Positions 1-9,522 are shown, counted from the stretch's first letter. The stretch is DNA of 59,204 nucleotides from an uncultured virus (IMG/VR IMGVR_UViG_3300042987_002221) (IMGVR_UViG_3300042987_002221:62001-121204), one strand, 5' to 3'. Numbers and translations: made by a program. Notes: generated by a model not told the origin, from the letters alone.

Positions 1-2190
1 ATCAAATCATTATGTGAAGAATATAGCAAAATGGCAGGGTTTGTTCGTGCAGTTCGTGGAAATCAATTCAATGAATCAGCACAGAAGTTAGTAGAAGCAG
101 GATTGAACCATTATGTTTCATTAAGAGAAACATTAGGTAAGATGCGTGGTAATCGTGGATACAATAGTTATTTTGAAAGTTGGACTCCTACATTAATGGA
201 GACTGATGGTGATGAAACTTCCATCAATGAATTGTTTGTTCAAGAGACATTAGATCCAAGAATTGAAAGTGTAATGCCTATTCTTTCTAAATTGAGTAAA
301 AATTTAAGTGAAGTAAAAGAAGTTAAAGAACTAGAAGAATGGGCTAATGGTTTACTTGAAGCACCAGGTGCAGAAACATTAGCACATAACCAATCTACAG
401 CAAAGTCTAATTTAAAGTCATTTGATTTAGAAGAAGACAGTGTAAATGAAGGTTGGTTTGCTGACACATTAAAAAGTGTGGGGAAGGCTGTATTAGACAA
501 GCTGGCCCCAAATGATAAACAATTATTACTAAAACTACAGAGAGATATGGGAGTTCCTACAACCGCTCAACATGGTAAACCATCAATGGCAAGAATGATG
601 AGTGATGAAGAAGTTCAAAAATTAATTGCTGCGGCTAGAAAAGTCAATGCTGGCAGAAATTCTAGTTTATCTGAAGAAGAAGTTGAAGAAAGTGGACTGC
701 AGGCGTATTTAGGAAACAAGAAATACGGCAAAGACGGCATGGATTCATTACGCAAAGCAGGTCGTGAAGGTGCGAGCAAAGAAAAGATGGCAAAGATTCG
801 CGCCAAATATGATAAGTTAGATGAAGAAGGTTTGGGACCAGAACAAAAACGTGTTGGTCAACTTGGACCAACTGAAAAGGTTAAGAAAAATAGTGGTGCC
901 AGAGGTAAACTAGTTGGTGCCAATGAAAGTGTAGAGCAAGGTGTGGCGGAAGGCTCGACTAATAAAACACTGTTTGTTATTTACTATAAAACAGGTAAGG
1001 GATTTGACGCTGGTACTGGAGATGTAGGAATACTTGCATCCAATGAACAAAAAGCAAAAGAAAAATTTGCAAAAAAATATCCTCACTTTATTGTGACTAA
1101 AATAGTAGAAGGTATGAAATATGTTCTTGTTGATTACCGTGGAAATTATTATAAAGGCATGGATAAGTTTGGTAGAAATCTTTCTACTAGAAATCCAGAA
1201 GAAGCCGAAATATTTAATTTAGAGCGTGACGCTAAAGATATAGCATTATGGACTAGAAATAGATTTAAGGCAATACCTTGGTCAGGTCAGCGAGGTGTGG
1301 CGGAAGGCTTGCCTGGTAGTCTAAGTGCTAGTGATTATATGCCGGGAGCAACTTTACCACACACTAACTGGAATTGTATTAAGTGTAGTGGTCATAAGTT
1401 TATGTACAGTTTAGATGGAAAATTAACTAAAGATAATAAAAAAGGTGCAATAAGAGTTAAATGCCCTGATTGTGGCGGTTCTGGGTTAAAGAAACCTGAC
1501 CCCGGTCACGATTATTTTGGTCGAAAGAAAGAGGAAGGTGTGGCGGAAGGCTCTGAGCAAGACCTAGTATATATTTCAAAAGACCGTGCCGAGGCTTTTG
1601 AAGAATGGATGAACAGTGAAGGTCTTGAAACTAATGTTCCTAAAAATGATTATGGAACATATATTGTTTATAATTATTCTAACGAAGATCCTACTTCAAA
1701 ATTATATGCCAGTGAATGGAATGAAAGAAGAGAAGGTGTGGCGGAAGGCACCGATGATCCTAACCCCTCAGCCGGTCCAGGATCTATATCACATTCAACA
1801 CCGGTAAGACGTAATGGCAAAGATGTTGGTGAATTATTTCAAACTAAATCAGGTAGTTGGGGATTCTTTATCAATACGTCAGCCAAAACTAAAGAAGGCT
1901 TTGAGAGCAAAGAAAAAGCACTGGAAGCGATGAAACAACATTTGGGGCAAGGTATGGCGGAAGGCATGGAACAAGAATGGGAAGTAAGTTTTGAACATGG
2001 TCCACATCAATCAGACAGTGTTAAAGTAAAGGCATCTTCTAAAGAGGAAGCTATCTCTAAAGCAAAAGAACAGGCCAAGAAAACATTTAGGACTCAAAGC
2101 CTATCACTAAATTGGGCAAGACCTGTAAAAAAAGGTGTGGCGGAAGGGCAAGAAGACCTTGATGCACTCAAAAAATTAATGGGTAAATAA
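1..2190 (+). CDS. Putative head-internal/prohead-core polyprotein with six GVAEG-delimited boundaries (5' partial)
   Basis: Frame open from base 1; acidic/charged protein with many hydrophobic-x-E-(G/S/A) sites; five modules between repeats, one with CxxC...CxxCxGxG. Confidence 0.6.
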   Translation: MKSLCEEYSKMAGFVRAVRGNQFNESAQKLVEAGLNHYVSLRETLGKMRGNRGYNSYFESWTPTLMETDGDETSINELFVQETLDPRIESVMPILSKLSKNLSEVKEVKELEEWANGLLEAPGAETLAHNQSTAKSNLKSFDLEEDSVNEGWFADTLKSVGKAVLDKLAPNDKQLLLKLQRDMGVPTTAQHGKPSMARMMSDEEVQKLIAAARKVNAGRNSSLSEEEVEESGLQAYLGNKKYGKDGMDSLRKAGREGASKEKMAKIRAKYDKLDEEGLGPEQKRVGQLGPTEKVKKNSGARGKLVGANESVEQGVAEGSTNKTLFVIYYKTGKGFDAGTGDVGILASNEQKAKEKFAKKYPHFIVTKIVEGMKYVLVDYRGNYYKGMDKFGRNLSTRNPEEAEIFNLERDAKDIALWTRNRFKAIPWSGQRGVAEGLPGSLSASDYMPGATLPHTNWNCIKCSGHKFMYSLDGKLTKDNKKGAIRVKCPDCGGSGLKKPDPGHDYFGRKKEEGVAEGSEQDLVYISKDRAEAFEEWMNSEGLETNVPKNDYGTYIVYNYSNEDPTSKLYASEWNERREGVAEGTDDPNPSAGPGSISHSTPVRRNGKDVGELFQTKSGSWGFFINTSAKTKEGFESKEKALEAMKQHLGQGMAEGMEQEWEVSFEHGPHQSDSVKVKASSKEEAISKAKEQAKKTFRTQSLSLNWARPVKKGVAEGQEDLDALKKLMGK
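939..2148 (+). repeat. Six in-frame copies of AGGTGTGGCGGAAGG (G-V-A-E-G)
   Basis: GGT codon at 940, 1294, 1537, 1735, 1951 (GGTATGGCGGAAGG variant) and 2134; spacings 354, 243, 198, 216, 183 nt. Confidence 0.95.
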
Positions 2191-2199
2191 ACTCATAAA

Positions 2200-2223
2200 A
2201 AACCGCACAAAAATGTGCGGTTT
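2200..2223 (+). terminator. Intrinsic terminator-like hairpin
   Basis: AAACCGCACA-aaaa-TGTGCGGTTT just after the stop at 2190. Confidence 0.7.
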
Positions 2224-2352
2224 ACCATATCCATGATAAATACATTGATTTCTCGCTGTGAGTATGTAATACTTACGAGAAGTTAGTCACAGTGGCTTGT
2301 GACGACTATATTCAACAGAGACCATCTCATTTTTTTTAAGGAGTAAAACAAG

Positions 2353-3336
2353 ATGCCAAGCTTAGCCGAACTACGAGCAAGAATCGCTCAACAAGAAAAC
2401 AAATCACAACAAAATTCCAATCGTGAGTCAGATAATGCAATTTATCTACATTGGAATATCCCCGAAGGTACAACTGCCTCACTAAGATTCCTACAAGACG
2501 GAAACGAAAAGAATGAATTTTTCTGGGTAGAACGTGCGCTAATCAAACTTCCATTCAACGGAGTCAAGGGTCAACCCGAAATGAAGCGTGTTGAAGTTAC
2601 AGTTCCATGTATGGAGATGTACGGAGAATCATGCCCAATTCTAGCTGAAGTTCGTCCTTGGTACAAAGATGAATCACTTAAGGAAATGGCAAACAAGTAT
2701 TGGAAAAAGCGTAGTTATCTCTTTCAGGGATTTGTACATCAAAATCCTCTACAAGATGATAAGAGTCCTGCAAACACGATTCGTAAGTTTATCATCAGCC
2801 CTCAACTTATCACTATCATTAAGTCAGGTCTAGTAGATCCAGAAATTCTAGAACTGCCAACTCACTATGAACGTGGTCTTGATTTTCATATCAAGAAGAC
2901 TTCAAAGGGCGGCTATGCTGATTATGGTACTAGCAGTTGGGCAAGGCGTGAATCTGCTCTTACAGATGCAGAACGTCAGGCTATTGAAACACAAGGACTT
3001 TACAATCTAACCGATCTTCTTCCTAAGAAGCCAACTCAATCAGAACTTGCAATCATCAAGGAAATGTTTGATGCATCGGTAAACGGTGAACAATATGACC
3101 CAAATCGTTGGGGTAATTACTATCGTCCATTTGGAGTTAATAGCCCAAGTGCTTCTAATTCATCAACATCAAATGTTCCTCAGAACAAACAAGTAGCAGA
3201 TGAAGACGAAGACACTTCTGTACAGGAACCAGTTGTTTCTAAACAACCAGTGAAGGTTCCAAGTGCAACTGTTTCTAGTGATAAGGCCAGTGACATATTG
3301 GCCATGATCAAGGCAAGACAAACAAAAGTTGCTTAA
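2353..3336 (+). CDS. gp32: Single-stranded DNA-binding protein, T4 gp32-like
   Basis: LRFL, C-x6-CPI zinc site, YWKKRSY, GGYADY, acidic C-terminal tail; strong SD AAGGAG; upstream of uvsX. Confidence 0.85.
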   Translation: MPSLAELRARIAQQENKSQQNSNRESDNAIYLHWNIPEGTTASLRFLQDGNEKNEFFWVERALIKLPFNGVKGQPEMKRVEVTVPCMEMYGESCPILAEVRPWYKDESLKEMANKYWKKRSYLFQGFVHQNPLQDDKSPANTIRKFIISPQLITIIKSGLVDPEILELPTHYERGLDFHIKKTSKGGYADYGTSSWARRESALTDAERQAIETQGLYNLTDLLPKKPTQSELAIIKEMFDASVNGEQYDPNRWGNYYRPFGVNSPSASNSSTSNVPQNKQVADEDEDTSVQEPVVSKQPVKVPSATVSSDKASDILAMIKARQTKVA

Positions 3337-3341
3337 ATGAT

Positions 3342-3365
3342 TAAAGGGAGATTAATCTCCCTTTA
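3342..3365 (+). terminator. Hairpin/terminator after gp32
   Basis: TAAAGGGAGATTAATCTCCCTTTA palindrome. Confidence 0.6.
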
Positions 3366-3387
3366 CTTAATATTTAAGGAGTAAATT

Positions 3388-3615
3388 ATGACATTACCAA
3401 ATGAAAGGTTTCGTTCCTTAAAACAGGGACGAAAACTATTAGAAGAATTATGCGATCCAGGTAAAACACCTAGGGTCCCTAGTATTGTACGTGAAAGGGC
3501 TCGTGGTGCATTACGTCATTATCCAAGTGAACATGAACTTGAACGTATTGCAGATACCTGTCCAGAATATCTTGATAAACAAGTTTTAAACTTTTATCAT
3601 ACAGGAATTAAATGA
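3388..3615 (+). CDS. Small conserved phage protein (BPSL0761-like)
   Basis: MTLP.ER.R...L..L....TPRVP..VR..AR..LRHYP pattern; SD AAGGAG. Confidence 0.6.
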   Translation: MTLPNERFRSLKQGRKLLEELCDPGKTPRVPSIVRERARGALRHYPSEHELERIADTCPEYLDKQVLNFYHTGIK

Positions 3616-3626
3616 ATGGAGAATAA

Positions 3627-4685
3627 ATGACAAAGCCCTTTGACCTATCAAAATTTCGTAAATCAATAACTAAATCTATCGATGGCATTAGCCTTGGATT
3701 CAACGATCCAACCGATTGGATTTCAACTGGTAATCATGCATTGAATTATCTAATCTCAGGTGATTACAATAAGGGCATTCCTCTTGGCAAGGTTACTGTC
3801 TTTGCAGGTGAATCAGGATCAGGAAAAAGTTTCATCTGTTCTGGCAATCTAATTAGAAACGCACAAGAACAAGGAATCTATGTAATTCTTATTGACAGTG
3901 AAAACGCACTTGATGAACAGTGGCTACGCAATCTTGATGTTGATACATCAGAAAATAAATTGCTGAAGATTAATATGGCAATGATTGATGACGTGGCTAA
4001 ACTTATCAGTGAATTCGTCAAAGAATATAAGGTAATCCCAGAAGCCGAACGTCCAAAGGTATTGTTTGTGTTGGACAGTCTAGGTATGCTGTTGACACCT
4101 ACTGATGTAAATCAGTTTGAAAGTGGTGATCTGAAGGGTGATATGGGTAGAAAGCCTAAGGCACTAACTGCATTGGTTCGCAATTGCGTCAACATGTTCG
4201 GTGATCTAAATATTGGTTTGGTTGCTACTAATCACACATATGCAAGTCAAGACATGTTTGACCCTGATGATAAGATCAGCGGAGGTCAAGGTTTTATTTA
4301 CGCAAGTTCTATTGTGGTAGCAATGCGTAAGTTGAAGCTAAAGGAAGATGAAGAAGGCAATAAGATTACAGAAGTACGTGGTATTCGTAGTGCATGTAAG
4401 ATCATGAAAACACGATACGCAAAGCCATTTGAAAGTGTACAAATCAAAATTCCATATGAAACTGGTATGAATCCTCATAGCGGACTTGTTGATATGTTTG
4501 AAGGAAAAAGTATCCTGCAAAAGGATGGCAATAGTCTTAAGGCTGTGTTTCCAGATGGTACAAGTATCAAAAAGTTTCGCAAGGCATGGGAAAAGAACGA
4601 AGATGGTTGTCTAGACAAAGTAATGTTAGCATTTAAAAAATTGGATGCAAATGTAAATACTACATTTGAGGAGGCACCAGAATGA
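3627..4685 (+). CDS. uvsX: RecA-like recombinase UvsX
   Basis: ISTG, Walker A GESGSGKS, IDSENA, VLDSLG, NHTY, SGG motifs. Confidence 0.93.
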   Translation: MTKPFDLSKFRKSITKSIDGISLGFNDPTDWISTGNHALNYLISGDYNKGIPLGKVTVFAGESGSGKSFICSGNLIRNAQEQGIYVILIDSENALDEQWLRNLDVDTSENKLLKINMAMIDDVAKLISEFVKEYKVIPEAERPKVLFVLDSLGMLLTPTDVNQFESGDLKGDMGRKPKALTALVRNCVNMFGDLNIGLVATNHTYASQDMFDPDDKISGGQGFIYASSIVVAMRKLKLKEDEEGNKITEVRGIRSACKIMKTRYAKPFESVQIKIPYETGMNPHSGLVDMFEGKSILQKDGNSLKAVFPDGTSIKKFRKAWEKNEDGCLDKVMLAFKKLDANVNTTFEEAPE

Positions 4686-4927
4686 GTTTGATGATTGCTA
4701 ACGAACTTTGGGATTTAGTAAAGTCTCATCTTAACCAAAACGATACAAAAGAAGTAGCAGAAAATATGGTAAGTCTTTTTATTGATTATGGTTATGATGC
4801 CGATGATATCAAAGAATCTTTTAAGGACAAAGTAGTACTAACTGCATTGAAAGACTATTTGCAAGATGAAGATTTTAATGATATTGAAAATGATGAATCA
4901 GATGATGAAGAAGACGAAGAATGGTGA
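4682..4927 (+). CDS. Small acidic hypothetical protein
   Basis: ATGA overlap with uvsX stop; SD GAGGAGG. Confidence 0.7.
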   Translation: MSLMIANELWDLVKSHLNQNDTKEVAENMVSLFIDYGYDADDIKESFKDKVVLTALKDYLQDEDFNDIENDESDDEEDEEW

Positions 4928-4930
4928 TGC

Positions 4931-5386
4931 ATGAATTGGCATACGAAAGTTTCGGAAAATCTATCCGTTATCCCAGACTTTATATCGCATTATGAAAAAG
5001 AACTAGAACAAGCTAGAAAAGAGGTAGGTATATATGGCAAGATTGAAAAAAATATTGCCAATCTACCCGGTATCACTGAAGAACGTTTTAACCAGCTTCA
5101 AGAAATTGAAGCTGTTTTAAATTACCTCAATATTCAACTTAAAAAGATTCGCCGAAAACATTTTCAAAAATTCCTTGAGGCGTATAATCGTGAATTATCG
5201 AGCCGTGATGCAGAAAAATATGCGGATGGTGAAGATGAAGTTATCGATTTTGAAATCTTGATAAATGAAGTGGCACTAATACGTAATAAGTATTTGGGTT
5301 TACTTAAAGGATTAGAAAGCAAAAATTTTATGTTAGGGCATATCACAAGACTACGAACTGCTGGTCTTGAAGATATAACTATATGA
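4931..5386 (+). CDS. uvsY: Recombination mediator UvsY-like
   Basis: Helical 151-aa protein with KY.DGE and C-terminal R.AG; position after uvsX. Confidence 0.75.
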   Translation: MNWHTKVSENLSVIPDFISHYEKELEQARKEVGIYGKIEKNIANLPGITEERFNQLQEIEAVLNYLNIQLKKIRRKHFQKFLEAYNRELSSRDAEKYADGEDEVIDFEILINEVALIRNKYLGLLKGLESKNFMLGHITRLRTAGLEDITI

Positions 5387-5395
5387 GGCAATGTA

Positions 5396-6058
5396 ATGAA
5401 TCTAACAACAGTAGATATTTTTAATGAAGATTATCAACCGAAACGTCAGCCGGTTACTTTCTTTGAAAGTAAAGTAGATACATTGGTTTTATCTTGTGCT
5501 GTGTATCGCCATAACAATACATTTGGTATCATGGATTCTATCGTAGACTCTGCGTTGACCCATGCCGATTATGTTTTAGCATCAGCAATTGAACAGTTTT
5601 ACAAAAATAAATTAGTCATTGCTAAACTTAAGGGCAAACATCTAAGTAAATTCAAAGAAGATTTGCTGACATTTTTAACCTCGGATAGAAAAAAGGTATT
5701 AGTTGATGACATTCCAATGATCACAAGTTTGCCTAAACTGTACAATGAAGATTTGGAAGTACTTAAGGTAACCGAGTCTTTGAACAAAACGTGTGAAGAT
5801 AAAACAAATCTTAAGTTTAAAGGTACTTTTACCTATGTCGGTAAAGTTGATAAAAAACACAAAAATAGATTTTCTTGTGAGTATTGGTTTAAAGATGCAA
5901 ATAACAATGCCTATATGACTGAGATTGGTAAGAAAAATCCTTTGTTATCAATTTGGGAAAAATCTATTTCTACGTCAGAAATAACAGTAGAAGGCAAATT
6001 TAAATATCACGATAGCGATTTTCAGTTCCATAAATTTTCTCATTTTAAGGTCCTATAA
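5396..6058 (+). CDS. Hypothetical protein
   Basis: 220-aa ORF continuing the operon. Confidence 0.75.
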   Translation: MNLTTVDIFNEDYQPKRQPVTFFESKVDTLVLSCAVYRHNNTFGIMDSIVDSALTHADYVLASAIEQFYKNKLVIAKLKGKHLSKFKEDLLTFLTSDRKKVLVDDIPMITSLPKLYNEDLEVLKVTESLNKTCEDKTNLKFKGTFTYVGKVDKKHKNRFSCEYWFKDANNNAYMTEIGKKNPLLSIWEKSISTSEITVEGKFKYHDSDFQFHKFSHFKVL

Positions 6059-6059
6059 T

Positions 6060-6088
6060 TTGACAATAAATCCTCTGTGCTATATACT
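6060..6088 (+). promoter_or_regulatory. Early sigma70-type promoter
   Basis: TTGACA-17 nt-TATACT. Confidence 0.85.
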
Positions 6089-6112
6089 GTGAACACAGTA
6101 AGGAGCACAGAC

Positions 6113-6280
6113 ATGAAGACTGGTCTTTTCAATGCAAAGCATCACGCCCATGTGGGTCCCGGTGGCTGGCGCTGCACTTGCTGCGGCCCCGCCCCCAAGC
6201 ATCGTGGTGTTGTTGCAAAGCAACACCAGCGCAAGATCGCCCGCATGTTGTCCAAGCTTGAACGTGATGTTCAGGCTTGA
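6113..6280 (+). CDS. Small basic Cys/His-containing early protein
   Basis: SD AAGGAG then ATG 6113; stop TGA overlaps next TTGACA. Confidence 0.7.
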   Translation: MKTGLFNAKHHAHVGPGGWRCTCCGPAPKHRGVVAKQHQRKIARMLSKLERDVQA

Positions 6281-6333
6281 CAATAAATCCTCAATCTAAT
6301 ATAATGTCTTTCTAGACAGTTGAAACACGGAGC
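6277..6333 (+). promoter_or_regulatory. Repeated early promoter/RBS cassette
   Basis: TTGACAATAAATCC...TATAATGTCTTTCTAGACAGTT...ACGGAGC, near-identical to copies at 10444, 10705, 11918. Confidence 0.9.
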
Positions 6334-6337
6334 ACAC

Positions 6338-7369
6338 ATGTCTACTATTCGCATTCTCAATGGTTCTTATCGCAACCAACCCGTCAAGAATCAAGTCTTT
6401 ACCCTCGTCAAGGGCTTTCAGACTGGCAAGCTTGGCAACTACGTGACCGTCAAGAATGATGGTCAATTCAATATTGACATTGAGTCTGTCAAGGTCAAGG
6501 TTGAGGCTATCACTGACATTGAATATGTCAACGGTATGCCCGAGCAGGTTTCGGTTCACCCTGTTGCTCAGGCTGTTGCCGAAGTTGTGTCTGAGACTGA
6601 TGAGCAGGCTATGGATCGTATCAAGGAGCGTTTTGGCATCCTTGATGAAATGAGCGGTGCTTGCATTGCGGGTGATATCCGTGCAATGATCGTCACTGGC
6701 CCTCCCGGTGTCGGTAAGTCGCATGGTGTTCATACCCAACTGCAAAAGGCTAGCCTTTTTGATAAGCTGGCTGGTAAGAAGCCCCGTTTCGAGATTGTCA
6801 AGGGCACTATGTCTGCGATTGGTCTGTTCGCACTGCTGTATAAGTATAGTGATTCCAAGAATGTCCTGGTTTTTGACGATTGCGATATCTGGGAAGATCA
6901 GGATGCTATCAACATTCTGAAGGGTGCATTGGATTCGGGCAAGACCCGTCGTATTTCTTATAACAAGGACTCTCGTCTTCTGCGTGAGGAAGGTGTTCCT
7001 AACACTTTCAATTTCAACGGTTCTATCATCTTCATCACCAACAATAGCTTTGATAACAAGCGGGCTAGTAAGATTCAGCCGCACATGGAGGCTCTGCAAT
7101 CTCGCAGTCACTTCCTGGATCTGACTATCAACACCGATCGTGATAAGATGCTCCGCATCCGTCAGGTCTATCGTGATGCTGATCCGGGTCTGTTCGTTGA
7201 TTACGATTTCTCTAAGGAACAAGAGGTTGAAATTCTTGATTTCATGTGGGAAAATCGTAGTAAGATTCGTGAGATGAGCCTGCGTATGTGCCTCAAGCTG
7301 GCTGATCTGGTGAAGATTAGTGCTTCCAACTGGAAGAGTCTTGCACGGGCTACTTGCGTTCGCCCTTGA
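6338..7369 (+). CDS. AAA+ ATPase domain protein
   Basis: Walker A GPPGVGKS, Walker B LVFDDCD, IFITN sensor, ALQSR arginine finger; start set at ATG 6338 after GGAG. Confidence 0.85.
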   Translation: MSTIRILNGSYRNQPVKNQVFTLVKGFQTGKLGNYVTVKNDGQFNIDIESVKVKVEAITDIEYVNGMPEQVSVHPVAQAVAEVVSETDEQAMDRIKERFGILDEMSGACIAGDIRAMIVTGPPGVGKSHGVHTQLQKASLFDKLAGKKPRFEIVKGTMSAIGLFALLYKYSDSKNVLVFDDCDIWEDQDAINILKGALDSGKTRRISYNKDSRLLREEGVPNTFNFNGSIIFITNNSFDNKRASKIQPHMEALQSRSHFLDLTINTDRDKMLRIRQVYRDADPGLFVDYDFSKEQEVEILDFMWENRSKIREMSLRMCLKLADLVKISASNWKSLARATCVRP

Positions 7370-7426
7370 TAAATACGTGTGGCAATGTCAATAAGTCCAC
7401 ACACTAATCACACTGTGAGGTAAAAC

Positions 7427-7618
7427 ATGCGTAAGTTTAAGGTTCAAATTATTCAAAATCCTACAACCAATCGTACCGTTATCCGCGAACATTTTTTTGA
7501 CAGTAGAATTGAAGCTTTGAAGTTTTCTGTAGATTTCAACCGTCATGACAATGATCCAGCAGTGTCCAAATACCTACCTAAGGCTGAATTTGTTGGTCCG
7601 GTAAATGTAAATCCTTAA
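7427..7618 (+). CDS. Hypothetical protein
   Basis: SD GAGGT; GATAAATA upstream at 7368. Confidence 0.65.
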   Translation: MRKFKVQIIQNPTTNRTVIREHFFDSRIEALKFSVDFNRHDNDPAVSKYLPKAEFVGPVNVNP

Positions 7619-7636
7619 ATTTTTTTGTAAAAAAGT

Positions 7637-7665
7637 TTGACAAATATTCCCAAAATTGTTATACT
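7637..7665 (+). promoter_or_regulatory. Early sigma70-type promoter
   Basis: TTGACA-17 nt-TATACT. Confidence 0.85.
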
Positions 7666-7696
7666 GTGAAAACAGTAAGCAAACGGAGTGTCTGAA

Positions 7697-8401
7697 ATGA
7701 CTTTTCAATTCGCTAGCCAACAAGACGCTGACACGTTCAAGACTCTCAGCGGTCTGGTCAAGTTCAACAACGGTCAGTTCAAGAGCATCAAGCAGGCGGA
7801 TTTTCTGTTCAAGGTTTTCAGCCGTGAAAATCTGTGGGACACCGCTTCCGCTAAGAACCTGTTCAATGTGGATCTGACTGAAGGTCAGGTCATGGTCGCC
7901 GTCAATGCCTACGTTCGTTGGGCTGGTTATGGTACTAGGAGTGTCCGTCCGGTGACCTGGAAGTTTGTGGTTGACCGTGAGGGTGTGGTTGCTCAATACA
8001 AGCTGGGCTACGTGGGCGATATGCGTAGCGGCACTAGTCCTGATCCCGGCAAGACTGAATTGCTTTGGAGCCGTCAGGGTGAAATTACTCCGCTGGAGCG
8101 TCCTGTTGTTGTCGCCGAAGCTAACACTAGCCAGCATATCGGCGAAGTGGGCAAGCGTATGACCTTCAAGGGTGTGGTTAAGTTTGTCAAGACCTTTGAT
8201 CGTCCCAAGTTTCATTACTACGATAGCGGTGTTGGTTACATCACCCACGTGGATGTGGATGGTTCTACCGTCGTGTATTTTGGTTCGTTCGGCAGCGAAT
8301 ATGAAAAGGGTTCTGCTGTTGAGTTTGTGGCTACCGTCAAGGAGCACGGCGAATATCAGGGCCTGAAGCAAACTGTTGTCAATCGTCCCCGGGTTGCTTG
8401 A
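7697..8401 (+). CDS. Hypothetical early protein, possible C-terminal OB fold
   Basis: GGAG 8 nt before ATG 7697; C-terminal HIGEVGKR...VKEH.EY.G.KQT...RP. Confidence 0.7.
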   Translation: MTFQFASQQDADTFKTLSGLVKFNNGQFKSIKQADFLFKVFSRENLWDTASAKNLFNVDLTEGQVMVAVNAYVRWAGYGTRSVRPVTWKFVVDREGVVAQYKLGYVGDMRSGTSPDPGKTELLWSRQGEITPLERPVVVAEANTSQHIGEVGKRMTFKGVVKFVKTFDRPKFHYYDSGVGYITHVDVDGSTVVYFGSFGSEYEKGSAVEFVATVKEHGEYQGLKQTVVNRPRVA

Positions 8402-8426
8402 CAATAAATCAGTAATTAAATACATT
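8398..8426 (+). promoter_or_regulatory. Early promoter overlapping upstream stop codon
   Basis: TTGACAATAAATC with TACATT at 17-nt spacing. Confidence 0.65.
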
Positions 8427-8455
8427 TCTAAAATTGAAATTTAATGGAGTTTAAA

Positions 8456-9490
8456 ATGTCCGAACGTAAAATGACTACGATCCGCAAGATTGATGAAATT
8501 CGTCCGATTGAAGGTGCGGATGCTATTGAAGCCGCTGTGGTTGGCGGCTGGGTAGTTGTCATCAAGAAGGGTGAATTCAAGGCAGGTGACCTTGCCGTCT
8601 ACCTGGAAATTGATTCTTGGGTTCCTCATGCTGTTGCCCCATTTCTCAGTAAGGGTCAAGAACCCCGTGAGTTTAATGGTGTCAAGGGTGAACGTCTTCG
8701 CACTGTAAAGCTGCGTGGCCAGGTCAGTCAAGGGCTGTTGCTGCCTATTGAAACGGCATTTCCTGGATCTGACCGCCGTTTCTGGTGGAGTCAGGTGAAT
8801 GTTGATATTAGTGAGCGGCTTGGCATTCAAAAGTGGGAGGCTCCTATTCCTGCTCAACTGGCTGGTGATGTTGAAGGAAATTTTCCTTCTGTGATCCCCA
8901 AGACTGATCAAGAGCGTATCCAGAATCTCACTGAAGAACTCAAAACTTGGCAAGGCAACAGTGCCTTTACTTGGGAGGTTACTGAAAAGCTCGATGGCAG
9001 TTCTATGACTGTTTTCGTTCATGGTGATCGTGAAGGTGTTTGCAGCCGTAATTGGGCACTCAAGGAAACTGCTGGCAATACCCTGTGGGCTGTGGCTCGT
9101 CGTGAACAGTTGATTGAAAAGGTTCGTCAAACTGGTCGCAATCTTGCCCTGCAAGGTGAATTGATCGGTGAAGGTATTCAAGGTAATGCCTACAACGTTA
9201 AGGGTCAAGATTTCCGCTTGTTTGATATCTACGATATTGATCGCGGAGAATACCTTGGTCCCCTTGAGCGTCGTGTGTTTGCTGACACTCACGGTATCAA
9301 GCATGTTCCTGTGCTTGCTACTGAAATGGTGATTGAAGAATGGGTTACTGGACTGTTGACTATGGCTGATGGTGTTAGCGCACTGAATTCTAAGACCAAT
9401 CGTGAAGGGCTGGTGTTCAAGTGCAATACGTTTGGTGGTCCTAGTTTCAAGGCAATTTCCAACCGGTGGCTCATTAAGAACGATGGTTGA
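8456..9490 (+). CDS. ATP-dependent RNA ligase, DRB0094 family
   Basis: N-terminal IRPIEGAD/VKLRGQVSQGL, motif I EKLDGSS, LQGELIG, FDIY, REGLVFK, FKAIS. Confidence 0.9.
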   Translation: MSERKMTTIRKIDEIRPIEGADAIEAAVVGGWVVVIKKGEFKAGDLAVYLEIDSWVPHAVAPFLSKGQEPREFNGVKGERLRTVKLRGQVSQGLLLPIETAFPGSDRRFWWSQVNVDISERLGIQKWEAPIPAQLAGDVEGNFPSVIPKTDQERIQNLTEELKTWQGNSAFTWEVTEKLDGSSMTVFVHGDREGVCSRNWALKETAGNTLWAVARREQLIEKVRQTGRNLALQGELIGEGIQGNAYNVKGQDFRLFDIYDIDRGEYLGPLERRVFADTHGIKHVPVLATEMVIEEWVTGLLTMADGVSALNSKTNREGLVFKCNTFGGPSFKAISNRWLIKNDG

Positions 9491-9492
9491 TG

Positions 9493-9522
9493 AATAACCC
9501 TACCTTGAGTGGGGTTATTTTT
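9493..9522 (+). terminator. Intrinsic terminator
   Basis: AATAACCC...GGGTTATT followed by T-run. Confidence 0.7.

Noticed and set aside
939..2148. GVAEG repeats as a CRISPR array
   Set aside because: Repeat is only ~15 nt, spacers are about 170-340 nt, variable and all in frame within one ORF; no cas genes
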